From Thermoplasmata archaeon (GTDB lineage Archaea > Thermoplasmatota > Thermoplasmata > Lutacidiplasmatales > UBA184), in contig DAHUZZ010000008.1 of NCBI GenBank assembly GCA_027314915.1, positions 19,746 to 83,745 on the forward strand: 64,000 bases of DNA. Reading direction: 5' to 3'. This document shows, piece by piece, positions 8,354 to 16,980 of the stretch. Position numbers and translations under genes: made by a program. Numbering within the stretch: the first letter of the stretch is position 1; each line of letters opens with the position of its first letter. The notes below the pieces were generated by a model. It searched no databases and was not told where the DNA came from. It was given only the letters and a program-made list of their open reading frames with translations.

Positions 8354-10063
8354 ATGCCGGCCCGTGTGATGAAGGAGTTCCAGGCGCCCCGAGGACTGCC
8401 CCGGAAGACCGCCTCGGTGTGCCCGGAGTGCATCAAGGTGATCCCCGCGGTGGTACGGGAGAAGGACGGCCGGGTCATCATGGAGAAGACCTGCCGGAAC
8501 CACGGCTACTTCTGGGACATCATCTCGAACGACGTCGACTTCTACCTCCGGATGGAGGTGTACGCCCACGACGGGGTCGGCTACGAGAACCCCTACTACG
8601 AGAAATTCCGCGGCTGCCCGACGACCTGCGGGATGTGCACGCACCACAAGAGCCACACCGGCCTCGCGCTGCTCGACCTGACGAACCGGTGCAACCTCAA
8701 GTGCCCGGTCTGCTTCGCGAACGCCAACGCCGCCGGGTACGTCTACGAGCCCACCCGGGAGCAGATCTACTTCATGCTCAAGACGCTCCGCGAGCAGAAG
8801 CCGGTCGGCACGGTCGCGGTCCAGTTCTCCGGGGGCGAGCCCACGCTCTCGCCGCTCTTCCTGGACGCCTGCGGCATGGCCCGGGACCTGGGCTTCAAGC
8901 AGATCCAGGTGGCCACGAACGGGATCCGGTTCGCGAACGAGGCCGGGTTCGCCCAGCAGGCCCGGAACTCGGGGCTCCACACCCTCTACCTCCAGTTCGA
9001 CGGCCTGGACGACGAGATCTACCGTAAGGTCCGGGGGGTCCCGCTGCTCAAGGTCAAGTCCAAGGCGATCCAGGCGGCCCGGGAGACCCACTCCTCGCCC
9101 GAGGAGCTGGCCGCGGGCAAGCCGGACAAGCCGCTCTCGGTGGTCCTGGTCCCGACGCTGGTCGGCGGGTTCAACGAGAAGGAGATCTGGCCGACGGTGA
9201 AGTACGCGATCGACAACCTGGACGTCGTCCGGGGCGTGAACTTCCAGCCGGTCGCGCTCACGGCGCGGATCCCCGACCGGGACCGCTTCCAGATGCGGTT
9301 CACCCAGTCGGACCTGGTGCGGATCCTCTGCACCGACGGGCCGTTCGAGAAGTCGGACTTCTTCCCGGTGCCGAGCGTGGCCCCGATCTCGGAGCTCGCC
9401 TCGATCATCCACGGCGAGGAGAAGATGACGCTCACCACCCACCCCGGGTGCGGCTGCGCGACGTTCGCCTTCGTGAACCACGACGGCTCGAAGATCACGC
9501 CGTTGCCCCGGTTCATGGACGTCGACGGCTTCTTCGAGAACGTCGAGGCGATGATCGAGAAGTACCGGGACGCCCGGTTCGCCCGGATCCGGACGGCGGT
9601 CGCCGGCGCCCGGCTGATGCACGACGTCGCGAAGTACTTCGACTTCTCGAAGGCGCCCGAGGGGGTCAGCGAGAAGAACGTCGTGAAGATCATCGCCGGG
9701 ATCTTCACCGAGGGCAACAAGGAGGCGCTCGCGAAGTTCACCTGGAGGACGCTCTACATCGGCAACATGCACTTCCAGGACGCCTACGACTACGACATCC
9801 AGCGTCTCATGCGCTGCGACATCCACTACGCGGTGCCGGACGGGCGGGTCATCCCGTTCTGCAGCTACAACTCCGGCCCGATCTACCGGACGGAGGTCGA
9901 GAAGAAGTTCTCGATCCCCATCCCCGACTGGCAGAAGGCGAAGGCGCAGGGCGGTCTCACGCTGAAGACCATCGAGACGATGGGCGTCAACGGCGAGGTC
10001 ATCGTCGACCCGGAGTACTACAAGGTCCGGGCGCTCAAGAGCGCCCCCGGGATGTCGAGCTAG
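8354..10063 (+). CDS. tes: Tetraether lipid synthase (radical SAM, GDGT-MAS/MJ0619 family)
   Basis: CPEC...KTCRNHG N-terminal metal site, GCPTTCGMCTHH, DLTNRCNLKCPVCFANA, QFSGGEPT, YLQFDG, HPGCG, CDIHY, PFCSYN. Confidence 0.9.
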   Translation: MPARVMKEFQAPRGLPRKTASVCPECIKVIPAVVREKDGRVIMEKTCRNHGYFWDIISNDVDFYLRMEVYAHDGVGYENPYYEKFRGCPTTCGMCTHHKSHTGLALLDLTNRCNLKCPVCFANANAAGYVYEPTREQIYFMLKTLREQKPVGTVAVQFSGGEPTLSPLFLDACGMARDLGFKQIQVATNGIRFANEAGFAQQARNSGLHTLYLQFDGLDDEIYRKVRGVPLLKVKSKAIQAARETHSSPEELAAGKPDKPLSVVLVPTLVGGFNEKEIWPTVKYAIDNLDVVRGVNFQPVALTARIPDRDRFQMRFTQSDLVRILCTDGPFEKSDFFPVPSVAPISELASIIHGEEKMTLTTHPGCGCATFAFVNHDGSKITPLPRFMDVDGFFENVEAMIEKYRDARFARIRTAVAGARLMHDVAKYFDFSKAPEGVSEKNVVKIIAGIFTEGNKEALAKFTWRTLYIGNMHFQDAYDYDIQRLMRCDIHYAVPDGRVIPFCSYNSGPIYRTEVEKKFSIPIPDWQKAKAQGGLTLKTIETMGVNGEVIVDPEYYKVRALKSAPGMSS

Positions 10064-10130
10064 GCCGCCTCCGGCCGGCCCTCGGCGAGAACCCCTTCCT
10101 CCCTTTCCTTCTCGTTCGTTCCGGGCGGGC

Positions 10131-10598
10131 TTATCCCTCCCGGTCGATCCCCGCGAACAGCGCCGCCCCGGGCCGGCGCCACGCGAGCGACTCGGGGGCG
10201 GGGTCGCGCCCACGGTGGGCCTGCCGGGCGTCGATCTCCCGCCAGAGCCGGCCCGGGGCCGGTTCCCCGGTGGGTCCTTCACCGGCCCGCCCCGCGGGGG
10301 CGTCGTGCGCGAGCCATTCCCGGGCGGCTTCGATGTGCTTGCAGGTCCCGAGCCCCCGCCGGCTGTAGTCCGTGCACTCGCAGACGATCGGATCGAGCTC
10401 CGGGTAGGCCGGCAGGAAGACGCGGTACCGGCTGCCCCGCACCGGGTTGGTGACCTCCAGGAGGAGGAACGGAGAGCCCCCCCGGTCCCGGACCTCGAGC
10501 AGCTCCTCCCGCGCGCGGAGCCTCCGGTCCTCCGCGAGCGCCCGGCGCTCGAGCGGCGAGGGGGCAGCGGGCCGGTTCCGGCCCCGGGCGGACGGCAT
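10131..10598 (-). CDS. Stand-alone SWIM zinc-finger protein
   Basis: YRV...CECTDYSRRGLGTCKHIEAA (CxC-xn-CxH); ATG at 10598, TATA-like element near 10631-10638. Confidence 0.75.
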   Translation of the reverse strand: MPSARGRNRPAAPSPLERRALAEDRRLRAREELLEVRDRGGSPFLLLEVTNPVRGSRYRVFLPAYPELDPIVCECTDYSRRGLGTCKHIEAAREWLAHDAPAGRAGEGPTGEPAPGRLWREIDARQAHRGRDPAPESLAWRRPGAALFAGIDREG

Positions 10599-10742
10599 CG
10601 GTATCCCCCGAGGGGTACCCGTCCGCCGAGTATTATAAGAGCCGACCGCGGTCCGGACTAGGAGATGAGGACCGGCGGACGCGCGGGAGGGGACGCCCCC
10701 GCCCCCGGACCCACCCCCGGGGAGGCGTAGTCCGAAGCGCGC

Positions 10743-12245
10743 ATGGCGGTCGACACGACCTCCTTCTTCATCGACCTGTTCCTCCTCCTGGGCGCCGCCG
10801 TCGTCGCCGGCGAGGTCGCGAGCCGGCTCGGCCAGGCGGCGCTCGTCGGCCAGCTCCTGGTGGGCGTCCTGCTCGGGCCGAGCCTCCTCGGGCCGTACAT
10901 CGGCCTCGCCACGCTCAGCCCGTCGCTGAGCGCGATCCAGTTCCTCGCGACGGTCTTCGTGCTGTTCATGGCCGGGCTCGACGTGAACCCGGAGCAGATC
11001 TACCGCATGGGGGCGTCGACCGTCCTCATGGGGATCGCGGTCTTCGCGGTGCCGTTCGCGGCGCTCAGCGTGCTCTCCGAGCTGCTGGTCCCCCTCCTGT
11101 TGCCGGGCCAGAGCCCGCTCCTCCCGCTCTTCATGGGGCTCACGCTCTCCATCACGGCGCTGCCGGTGATGGGCATCCTGCTCATCGAGTTCGGGCTCCT
11201 CAAGACCCGGATCGGCAACCTGCTGATCAACACCGCGCTCATCAACGAGCTCGTCGCGGTGAGCGTCTTCGCCGTCCTCCTCGACGTGGCCACCCGCGGG
11301 ACGAGCGGGACCCTCGCGATCATCATCGCCGCCCTCTCGGTGGCCGTCTTCCTCGGCGTCGTGCTCTCGATCCACATGCTGCTCCGGGCGCTCCGGACGG
11401 CCCGGTGGTGGCAGGCCGGTGCCCGGGCGTTGGGCAGCTGGAGGACCCGCGAGGCCGGCTTCGCGATCCTCATGGTCTGCGTGATCGGCGCCTCGCTGTT
11501 CAGCCAGTTCATGGGGCTCACCTTCGTCGTCGGGGCCTTCTACGCGGGCATCCTGGTCACCCAGGACAGCGCCGGCGCGGAGGCCCACCGGACCATCAGC
11601 AGCATCGTGGGGGCGATGACCTGGGGGTTCTTCGTGCCGCTTTTCTTCGCGCTCGTCGGGGTGCAGATGAACCTCTCCCTGATGGCGACCTGGACGCTGG
11701 TGGGCCTGTTCGCCGCCCTCCTCGCCCTCGCGATCCTGAGCAAGCTCGGCACCGGCTACTCCGTGGCGCGCTTCTTCCGCTGGCCGAAGCCCGACGCGCT
11801 CGCGATCGGCCACCTGGTGAGCTGCCGGGGCGCGGTCGAACTCGCCATGGCGGTCTTCCTGCTCTCCGACGGGATCTTCACGACCCGGATCTTCACCATC
11901 GTCGCCGCCGTGGGCCTCGTGACCACGATGATCGCGCCGATCGCCGCGAAGCGGGTCTGGGCGACCCGCGCGACGGTCCCCGATCGCCTGCAGGAGCAGG
12001 TCGACCTGCTCACCCTGCCTCTGGGCGGGCCGGAACAGCCGTTCCCGGTCACCTTGAGCTTCGGGATCCTGGATGAGCGCCCGAAGGACCTCGCGCCGAG
12101 CGACGTCGGGCCGGCCCGGGGCGGCGGTCCCCCCTCCGGTCCGCCCCCCTCCGGCCGCCCCGCGACCCCCCCGCCCCCGGAGCCCGGTCCCCCGCCCCTT
12201 CCCGACGGCCGGCGTCCGAGGGACCCGTCGCGGAACCCCCCGTAG
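10743..12245 (+). CDS. Cation:proton antiporter (CPA2/Kef-type)
   Basis: About 12-13 TM helices; GQLLVGVLLGP, LFMAGLD, LSIT, GFFVPLFF motifs. Confidence 0.9.
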   Translation: MAVDTTSFFIDLFLLLGAAVVAGEVASRLGQAALVGQLLVGVLLGPSLLGPYIGLATLSPSLSAIQFLATVFVLFMAGLDVNPEQIYRMGASTVLMGIAVFAVPFAALSVLSELLVPLLLPGQSPLLPLFMGLTLSITALPVMGILLIEFGLLKTRIGNLLINTALINELVAVSVFAVLLDVATRGTSGTLAIIIAALSVAVFLGVVLSIHMLLRALRTARWWQAGARALGSWRTREAGFAILMVCVIGASLFSQFMGLTFVVGAFYAGILVTQDSAGAEAHRTISSIVGAMTWGFFVPLFFALVGVQMNLSLMATWTLVGLFAALLALAILSKLGTGYSVARFFRWPKPDALAIGHLVSCRGAVELAMAVFLLSDGIFTTRIFTIVAAVGLVTTMIAPIAAKRVWATRATVPDRLQEQVDLLTLPLGGPEQPFPVTLSFGILDERPKDLAPSDVGPARGGGPPSGPPPSGRPATPPPPEPGPPPLPDGRRPRDPSRNPP

Positions 12246-12304
12246 GGCGGCCCCGGCTCCCCGCGGGCCGGCTACGGTTATCTCTCCCGCACGCTCGGCG
12301 CGTG

Positions 12305-12529
12305 ATGGCCGGAGCCCCCGGGACCGCGGTGGAAGGGCGCCGCCAGCGTCTCGTCATGGTCGGCCTCGTCCTCACCTTCGTGGGCCTGTTCGCGCTGGGG
12401 TTCTCGCTCCCCCTCGGGGCAGGGACGCTCGCGCGCATCCTGCCGCTCGCCGCGGTAGGCTTCCTGGCCCTGTGGATCGGGGGCATCCTGCTCGGCAACT
12501 CGGTGCGACCCTTCGGCCGGCGCCGGTAG
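12305..12529 (+). CDS. Small two-TM membrane protein
   Basis: Two hydrophobic helices; lies 14 nt upstream of the HAD gene. Confidence 0.6.
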   Translation: MAGAPGTAVEGRRQRLVMVGLVLTFVGLFALGFSLPLGAGTLARILPLAAVGFLALWIGGILLGNSVRPFGRRR

Positions 12530-12543
12530 CGCTCGGAGGACCC

Positions 12544-13218
12544 ATGGCGCGCCGCTGGGAGCTCGTGACCTTCGACATCGATGGGACCCTCACGACGGTC
12601 CACGGCTGGCGGGTCCTCGCCGAGCGGGTGGGCCGCCTGGAGGAGTACGAGCGGACGAACCGCGGCTACCTCGCCGGGAAGGTCGGGGAGGACCAGCACC
12701 TCAGCGACCTGCTCCGGCTGGCCGACGGGCTTAACGTCCCCGAGGTCGAGGCGATCCTCGAAGCGACCCCGCGGGTCGACGGGATCGCGGAGGCGGTGCG
12801 CGCCTGGCACGACGAGGGCACCCGGGTCGCGATCCTGAGCCACAACCCGGACTACGTCTGCGCCTGGTACGCGCGGGAGTTCGGGTTCGACGGCTTCGCC
12901 GGGACCACCGTGCCCGCCCCCGGGAACGGCCGGCTGCTCCTGCCCGCCGGGGTGCGCGCGAACAAGAGCTCGGGGCTCGAGGAGCTGCTCCACCGGTGGC
13001 ACCTCACGCCCCGGACGGTCGCGCACGTGGGGGACGGTTGGGCCGACGCGGCGATCTTCCCCCGGGTGGGGGCGGGCGTGGCCCTCAACAGCCGGCTTCC
13101 CGAGGTGGAGCGTGCGGCCGACCTCGCGCTCCACCTGACCGACCTCCGGCCGCTCCCCGGGCTCGTCGACGGCATCCCGCCACGCCCGGGCGGCCCGCCA
13201 GGTTCCCCGCTCGCCTGA
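12544..13218 (+). CDS. HAD-IB hydrolase (phosphoserine phosphatase-like)
   Basis: FDIDGTLT motif I, ILS motif II, NK and VGDGWAD motifs III/IV. Confidence 0.85.
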   Translation: MARRWELVTFDIDGTLTTVHGWRVLAERVGRLEEYERTNRGYLAGKVGEDQHLSDLLRLADGLNVPEVEAILEATPRVDGIAEAVRAWHDEGTRVAILSHNPDYVCAWYAREFGFDGFAGTTVPAPGNGRLLLPAGVRANKSSGLEELLHRWHLTPRTVAHVGDGWADAAIFPRVGAGVALNSRLPEVERAADLALHLTDLRPLPGLVDGIPPRPGGPPGSPLA

Positions 13219-13262
13219 GATTCCTTATACCCGCCTCCCGGTGGGGTCGATCGCGGGAACCC

Positions 13263-13847
13263 GTGCCGGCGGAGTACGTCGTCCTCAAGGCGATGCACCC
13301 GACCTACCTCAACCTCCAGATGCCCACCGAGGTGGCGGAGATCGTCCAGTACGACCCCCGGGACCTCGTCGGGCTCCCCTCTCCCGCCCGGGGGATCGCC
13401 TTCTTGGCCCGGGGGCCGGGCGTGCTGCGGGTGGTGCCCGCCTTCCGGGCCGGCGACCTCCTCCCGCTCGAGACGGCGGGCCAGCGCTACCTCGCCACCG
13501 CGCACCTCTCCGAGAAGCTCATCTTCAACCTCCCCGAGGCGGCGGTCGCCCACCTGGGGCTCAAGGTGCAGTCCCGGTCCCCCCGGGAGGCCCGGTTCAC
13601 CGACGACGGGCTGCTCTGGTTCCTCCCGGCGCCCGAGTACTACGAGTTCCGTGCCCGGAGCCGGCTGGGGCGGGGCTGGAAGGGCCCCTCCGGCGGAGGG
13701 CTCGCGCACGTCTACCTCGCCCGGAGCGTGATCCCCTGGGAGGGGGAGCTCGAGCAGATCGAGCGAAGGATCGAGTACGAGGAGTGGCGCCCGCGGCTGG
13801 AGGCGCTCGAACGGGGCGTCCGGAACCGCCGCGGGGGAGGGGGGTAG
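13263..13847 (+). CDS. Hypothetical protein, possibly tandem AbrB/MraZ-like
   Basis: GTG start after CTTATA at ~13224; GC3-rich codons; two similar segments LNLQMPTEVAEIV and LIFNLPEAAVAHLGL. Confidence 0.65.
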   Translation: MPAEYVVLKAMHPTYLNLQMPTEVAEIVQYDPRDLVGLPSPARGIAFLARGPGVLRVVPAFRAGDLLPLETAGQRYLATAHLSEKLIFNLPEAAVAHLGLKVQSRSPREARFTDDGLLWFLPAPEYYEFRARSRLGRGWKGPSGGGLAHVYLARSVIPWEGELEQIERRIEYEEWRPRLEALERGVRNRRGGGG

Positions 13848-14003
13848 CCGCGTCCGCTCCCCCCACCCCCACGGTACCGGCGCGGGTACCCCCGTCGGAG
13901 GGGCCGTTTCTGCCCCCTCCGGTACTGGGTAGCGGCATGTCCCGCGTCGACGTAAAACCACCAGACGTTCTGTAAAGGTCTAAATAGGGTCCCCGGGGTT
14001 GTA

Positions 14004-14687
14004 ATGGCCATGGAGCATCGACCGAAGACCAGTGTCCCGGGGGGGCCTTCGAAGTCCCGCTACACCTTGAGGACCCCCGTCCCGCTGCGGACGGAAGAGG
14101 ACCTCCGAACGACCCGTGCGGGGATCCCCACGGACGAAAGCCTGGCGCTCGCGGGGCCGGTGGACCATGATTCCCTGGCCAAGGCGATCCGGCGCTCCGT
14201 GGGCCATGAGGGAATGCGCCCCGAGGACGCCCGGACCATCGCCGCCCACGTCCTGAACTTCTTCGGCTTCAACGAGCGGATCATCGACAACGTCCTCGAG
14301 CCGGACGACCGGGACACCTTCTACATGCTGGAGGACACCGGCATCCTCGAGACGGAGCGGGACGAGACGACGCTCTACGATGGCCGGGAGTGGCGGATCC
14401 ACTACTGGATGTTCCGGAAGGACCGTATCTTCGCGCTCGCCCACGAGGAGGCCCAGGCGATGGCGGCGGCGGGCGAGGTGGACGTGGTCTACTCGCCCAA
14501 CACCAGCCGTTCGGGGGCGTTCCCGTTCTCCCGGAGCGAGTCGCCGGCCGCCTCCGAGTCGCAGGCGCTCTACACCGAGCTCGGGGACGAGATCTGGCTC
14601 GAGCGCCGCAAGCCCCTGAGCGCCCCCGCCCCGCCGAGCCCCCCCACGCGGGCCCGCGGGAAGGGCCACCACCTGTCCCCCTCGTAG
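14004..14687 (+). CDS. DUF6015-like Thermoplasmata protein (winged-helix-like)
   Basis: HVLNFFGFNERIIDNVLEPDDRDTFYMLEDTGILETERDETTLYDGREWRIHYW signature. Confidence 0.75.
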   Translation: MAMEHRPKTSVPGGPSKSRYTLRTPVPLRTEEDLRTTRAGIPTDESLALAGPVDHDSLAKAIRRSVGHEGMRPEDARTIAAHVLNFFGFNERIIDNVLEPDDRDTFYMLEDTGILETERDETTLYDGREWRIHYWMFRKDRIFALAHEEAQAMAAAGEVDVVYSPNTSRSGAFPFSRSESPAASESQALYTELGDEIWLERRKPLSAPAPPSPPTRARGKGHHLSPS

Positions 14688-14742
14688 GGCGGGCGCGCCG
14701 GCGCGGCATCGACGTAAAGCCGCCCGGCGGCTCGGCGGACCG

Positions 14743-15387
14743 GTGGCCCGGCGCTTCCTCCTCCTGTCGCACCGCGTCCCGGTCTCGGGCGCCTTCACGC
14801 TCAACGACCTGGCCGGGGGCGCCGGGCGGATGGACGAGGTGGCCCGGTGCGTCTCGACGGCGCTCACCGTCTCGAACGGGCTGCGCCGCGACACCGAGGT
14901 GGTCGTGCTGTTCGTCGCCGAGCCCCCGCCCGCGGCCCGGAGGATCCGGGTGGAGGGCGCGCGGGTGCGGTACCTGAACCCCGACGAGCGCTCGACCGCC
15001 GCCCTCCTCAAGAACGCCCTCGTCCGCTCCCTGGTCTACGACCACGACTGGGAGTCCTCCCCCGGCCTCGTCGTCGGACCGTGCGACCCGGAGGCGGAGA
15101 TCCGGCGGTTCGCCGCCCGGCCGGGAGCCTTCTGGCTCACCGAGGACGGGATCCCCCTCGAGCCGGGGCGGGCCGGGGACGCGGAGGGGGCAGCGGAGTT
15201 CGCGGCGCTCCTCTCGGACCCCACCGACCCCACGGAGGCGGAACGGGAGCTCCTCACGTCGCTGGGGATCCCCCGGGTCTCGGTCGGGCCCCTCCCGCTG
15301 CGGAGCTCCCAGGTGATCGACGTGGTCCACAACCACTTCGATCGCCGGAACCCGGGGGGCCCCGGGGCCGCCGGCCCCGGGACCTAG
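14743..15387 (+). CDS. trmY: tRNA (pseudouridine54-N1)-methyltransferase
   Basis: FTLNDLAGGAGRMD, RYLNPDERS, SSPG, LSD and VSVGP SPOUT motifs. Confidence 0.88.
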   Translation: MARRFLLLSHRVPVSGAFTLNDLAGGAGRMDEVARCVSTALTVSNGLRRDTEVVVLFVAEPPPAARRIRVEGARVRYLNPDERSTAALLKNALVRSLVYDHDWESSPGLVVGPCDPEAEIRRFAARPGAFWLTEDGIPLEPGRAGDAEGAAEFAALLSDPTDPTEAERELLTSLGIPRVSVGPLPLRSSQVIDVVHNHFDRRNPGGPGAAGPGT

Positions 15388-15457
15388 GCTCGCCGCGCCC
15401 GGGCGGCTCCCGGCGTCGGGAACATGGGTCGGAGGAGCTCGGGGTCGCCCCGGGGGG

Positions 15458-16483
15458 CTATCGGGCGCCGGCGGGGTCCTTGCGGGGCCCGAGCGCGTCC
15501 CGGATCGACCTGGGGCGGAGCCCGCCGACCACGGCGGTGAGCCGGACCACCTCGCGCGGCTCGGGCCGGGTCCGGGTCCCCACGAGCATCCGCTTGGGCT
15601 CGCCGAGCCGCCGCCGCATCGCCGTCCAGACCCGGTCGACGGTCCGGAGCGTCAGGTTGGATCCGCCGTCGACGTGGACCAGGGCGGAGGGCGCCTCCGA
15701 GAGCTCGAAGTCCAGCAGCGTCTCGCTCAGCGCCTGGTGGACGAGCCGCTCGGGCTCGCTCACGTGCTCCTCGCTCAGGAGGAGCGTCGACAGGCCGGAA
15801 TCCTTGAGGTGCCACTTCAGGCTCGCCAGATCGACGTTCAACTGCGAGGGGTGCTCGATCATGTCGACGAGCCCGCTCACGAGGCCGTGCAGGTAGGCGT
15901 TCCGGACGTGGAGCACCCGCGCGATCGGGAGCGCCTCGAACCTTCGGAGCTTCTCGTTGGAGAGGGCGAGGAGGAGCCCGCCCAGCCGTTCGAGCTCCTG
16001 GAGCGCCTCGAGGGTGTTCCCCCGCCGCTCGGGGTTGCTCTCCATCTCGACGTGGAAGGGCAGGAAGGCGACGGGGATCGCGAGCGTTCCGGAGTCCTGG
16101 AGCTCCCGGGCGAGGAAGGGCAGGAGGGCGCTGCCGGTCCCGCCGCCGAGGCCGGCGAAGAGGAAGACGATCTGGAACCGGGTGAGCCGCCGGGCGAGCT
16201 CCTCGCGGGCCTCCTCCGCGCCGGCGAGGACCGCGTCGCGGTCCCCCCCGCTGCCGTAGCCGTGCAGCGTCCGGTGGCCCACCAGGATCTTCTCGTCGAC
16301 GGCGAGCTTGAGCAGGTGCGGCGCGTCGGTGTTGATGGCGATGGCGGGCACGTCCTCGAGCCCGATCCCCAGGAGGTCGTGCACCGCCTCGCCGCCGGCG
16401 CCCCCCAGCCCCACGATCCCGACGGTGCCGCGCCGGCCGAGCCGGCTCCAGGCGACCAGCGGGTCCTCCTCGTCGCTCCCCAT
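15458..16483 (-). CDS. Divergent FtsZ/tubulin-family protein
   Basis: VGLGGAGGEAV, INTDAPHL, GYGSGGD, AGLGGGTGS signature, PFHVE; T7 loop reads NVDLASL. Confidence 0.88.
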   Translation of the reverse strand: MGSDEEDPLVAWSRLGRRGTVGIVGLGGAGGEAVHDLLGIGLEDVPAIAINTDAPHLLKLAVDEKILVGHRTLHGYGSGGDRDAVLAGAEEAREELARRLTRFQIVFLFAGLGGGTGSALLPFLARELQDSGTLAIPVAFLPFHVEMESNPERRGNTLEALQELERLGGLLLALSNEKLRRFEALPIARVLHVRNAYLHGLVSGLVDMIEHPSQLNVDLASLKWHLKDSGLSTLLLSEEHVSEPERLVHQALSETLLDFELSEAPSALVHVDGGSNLTLRTVDRVWTAMRRRLGEPKRMLVGTRTRPEPREVVRLTAVVGGLRPRSIRDALGPRKDPAGAR

Positions 16484-16496
16484 GCCCCGATCCCCG

Positions 16497-16859
16497 TCAG
16501 GGAGGCGAGGCGTCCTCCCCCGCCGCCACCGGCTCGGTGTCCCGCCGCGGCCGGGCGGTGCCGAGGTGCTCGAGCCGGACCCGGATGTACTCCCGGACCG
16601 CGGCCCGAACCGCATCGTCGATCGAGACGGAGCCTCCCTCCCGGACGAACTCCTCGAGCTGCCGGTTGTCCTGGCGGGAGAGGTCGACCACCACCTTCTT
16701 GATGTTCGGCGGGGGCAGGTGCATCTCCACGAACCGCTCGAGCCCCTCGCGGATCGTGTCGGAGATCGTGGGCGTTCCCCCGGCGTCCTGGATCTGCTTG
16801 AGCTTCTCCAGGAGGTCCTGCGGGATCCGCACCGTCACCCGCTCCGACGTGTCGGCCAT
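16497..16859 (-). CDS. Tandem ribbon-helix-helix regulator (CdrS-like)
   Basis: ERVTVRIPQDLLEKL...TISDTIREGL and KVVVDLSRQDNRQL...SIDDAVRAAV; 13 nt upstream of the ftsZ homologue. Confidence 0.8.
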   Translation of the reverse strand: MADTSERVTVRIPQDLLEKLKQIQDAGGTPTISDTIREGLERFVEMHLPPPNIKKVVVDLSRQDNRQLEEFVREGGSVSIDDAVRAAVREYIRVRLEHLGTARPRRDTEPVAAGEDASPP

Positions 16860-16862
16860 TTT

Positions 16863-16922
16863 CGTCAGACAGTATTGGTCAGTTTGTCAGACATTTGGCA
16901 TATGGCCGGGGCGGTCATAAAC
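16863..16922 (-). promoter_or_regulatory. Promoter with two TGTCnGACA-type operator boxes
   Basis: CGTCAGACA 16863-16871 and TGTCAGACA 16885-16893 (22-bp spacing); TTTATG on minus strand at 16916-16921. Confidence 0.6.
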
Positions 16923-16980
16923 ATTGGGGTGGGGCGGTCATGCCCGGGATCCCCCCGCGGGCCGGCCCGCCGCCCGGGTC

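Noticed and set aside
14714-14736. TAAAGCCGCCCGG...CGGCTCGGC also seen at ~51706-51729
   Set aside because: Short, GC-rich, two copies next to unrelated genes; probably chance similarity of promoter regions.
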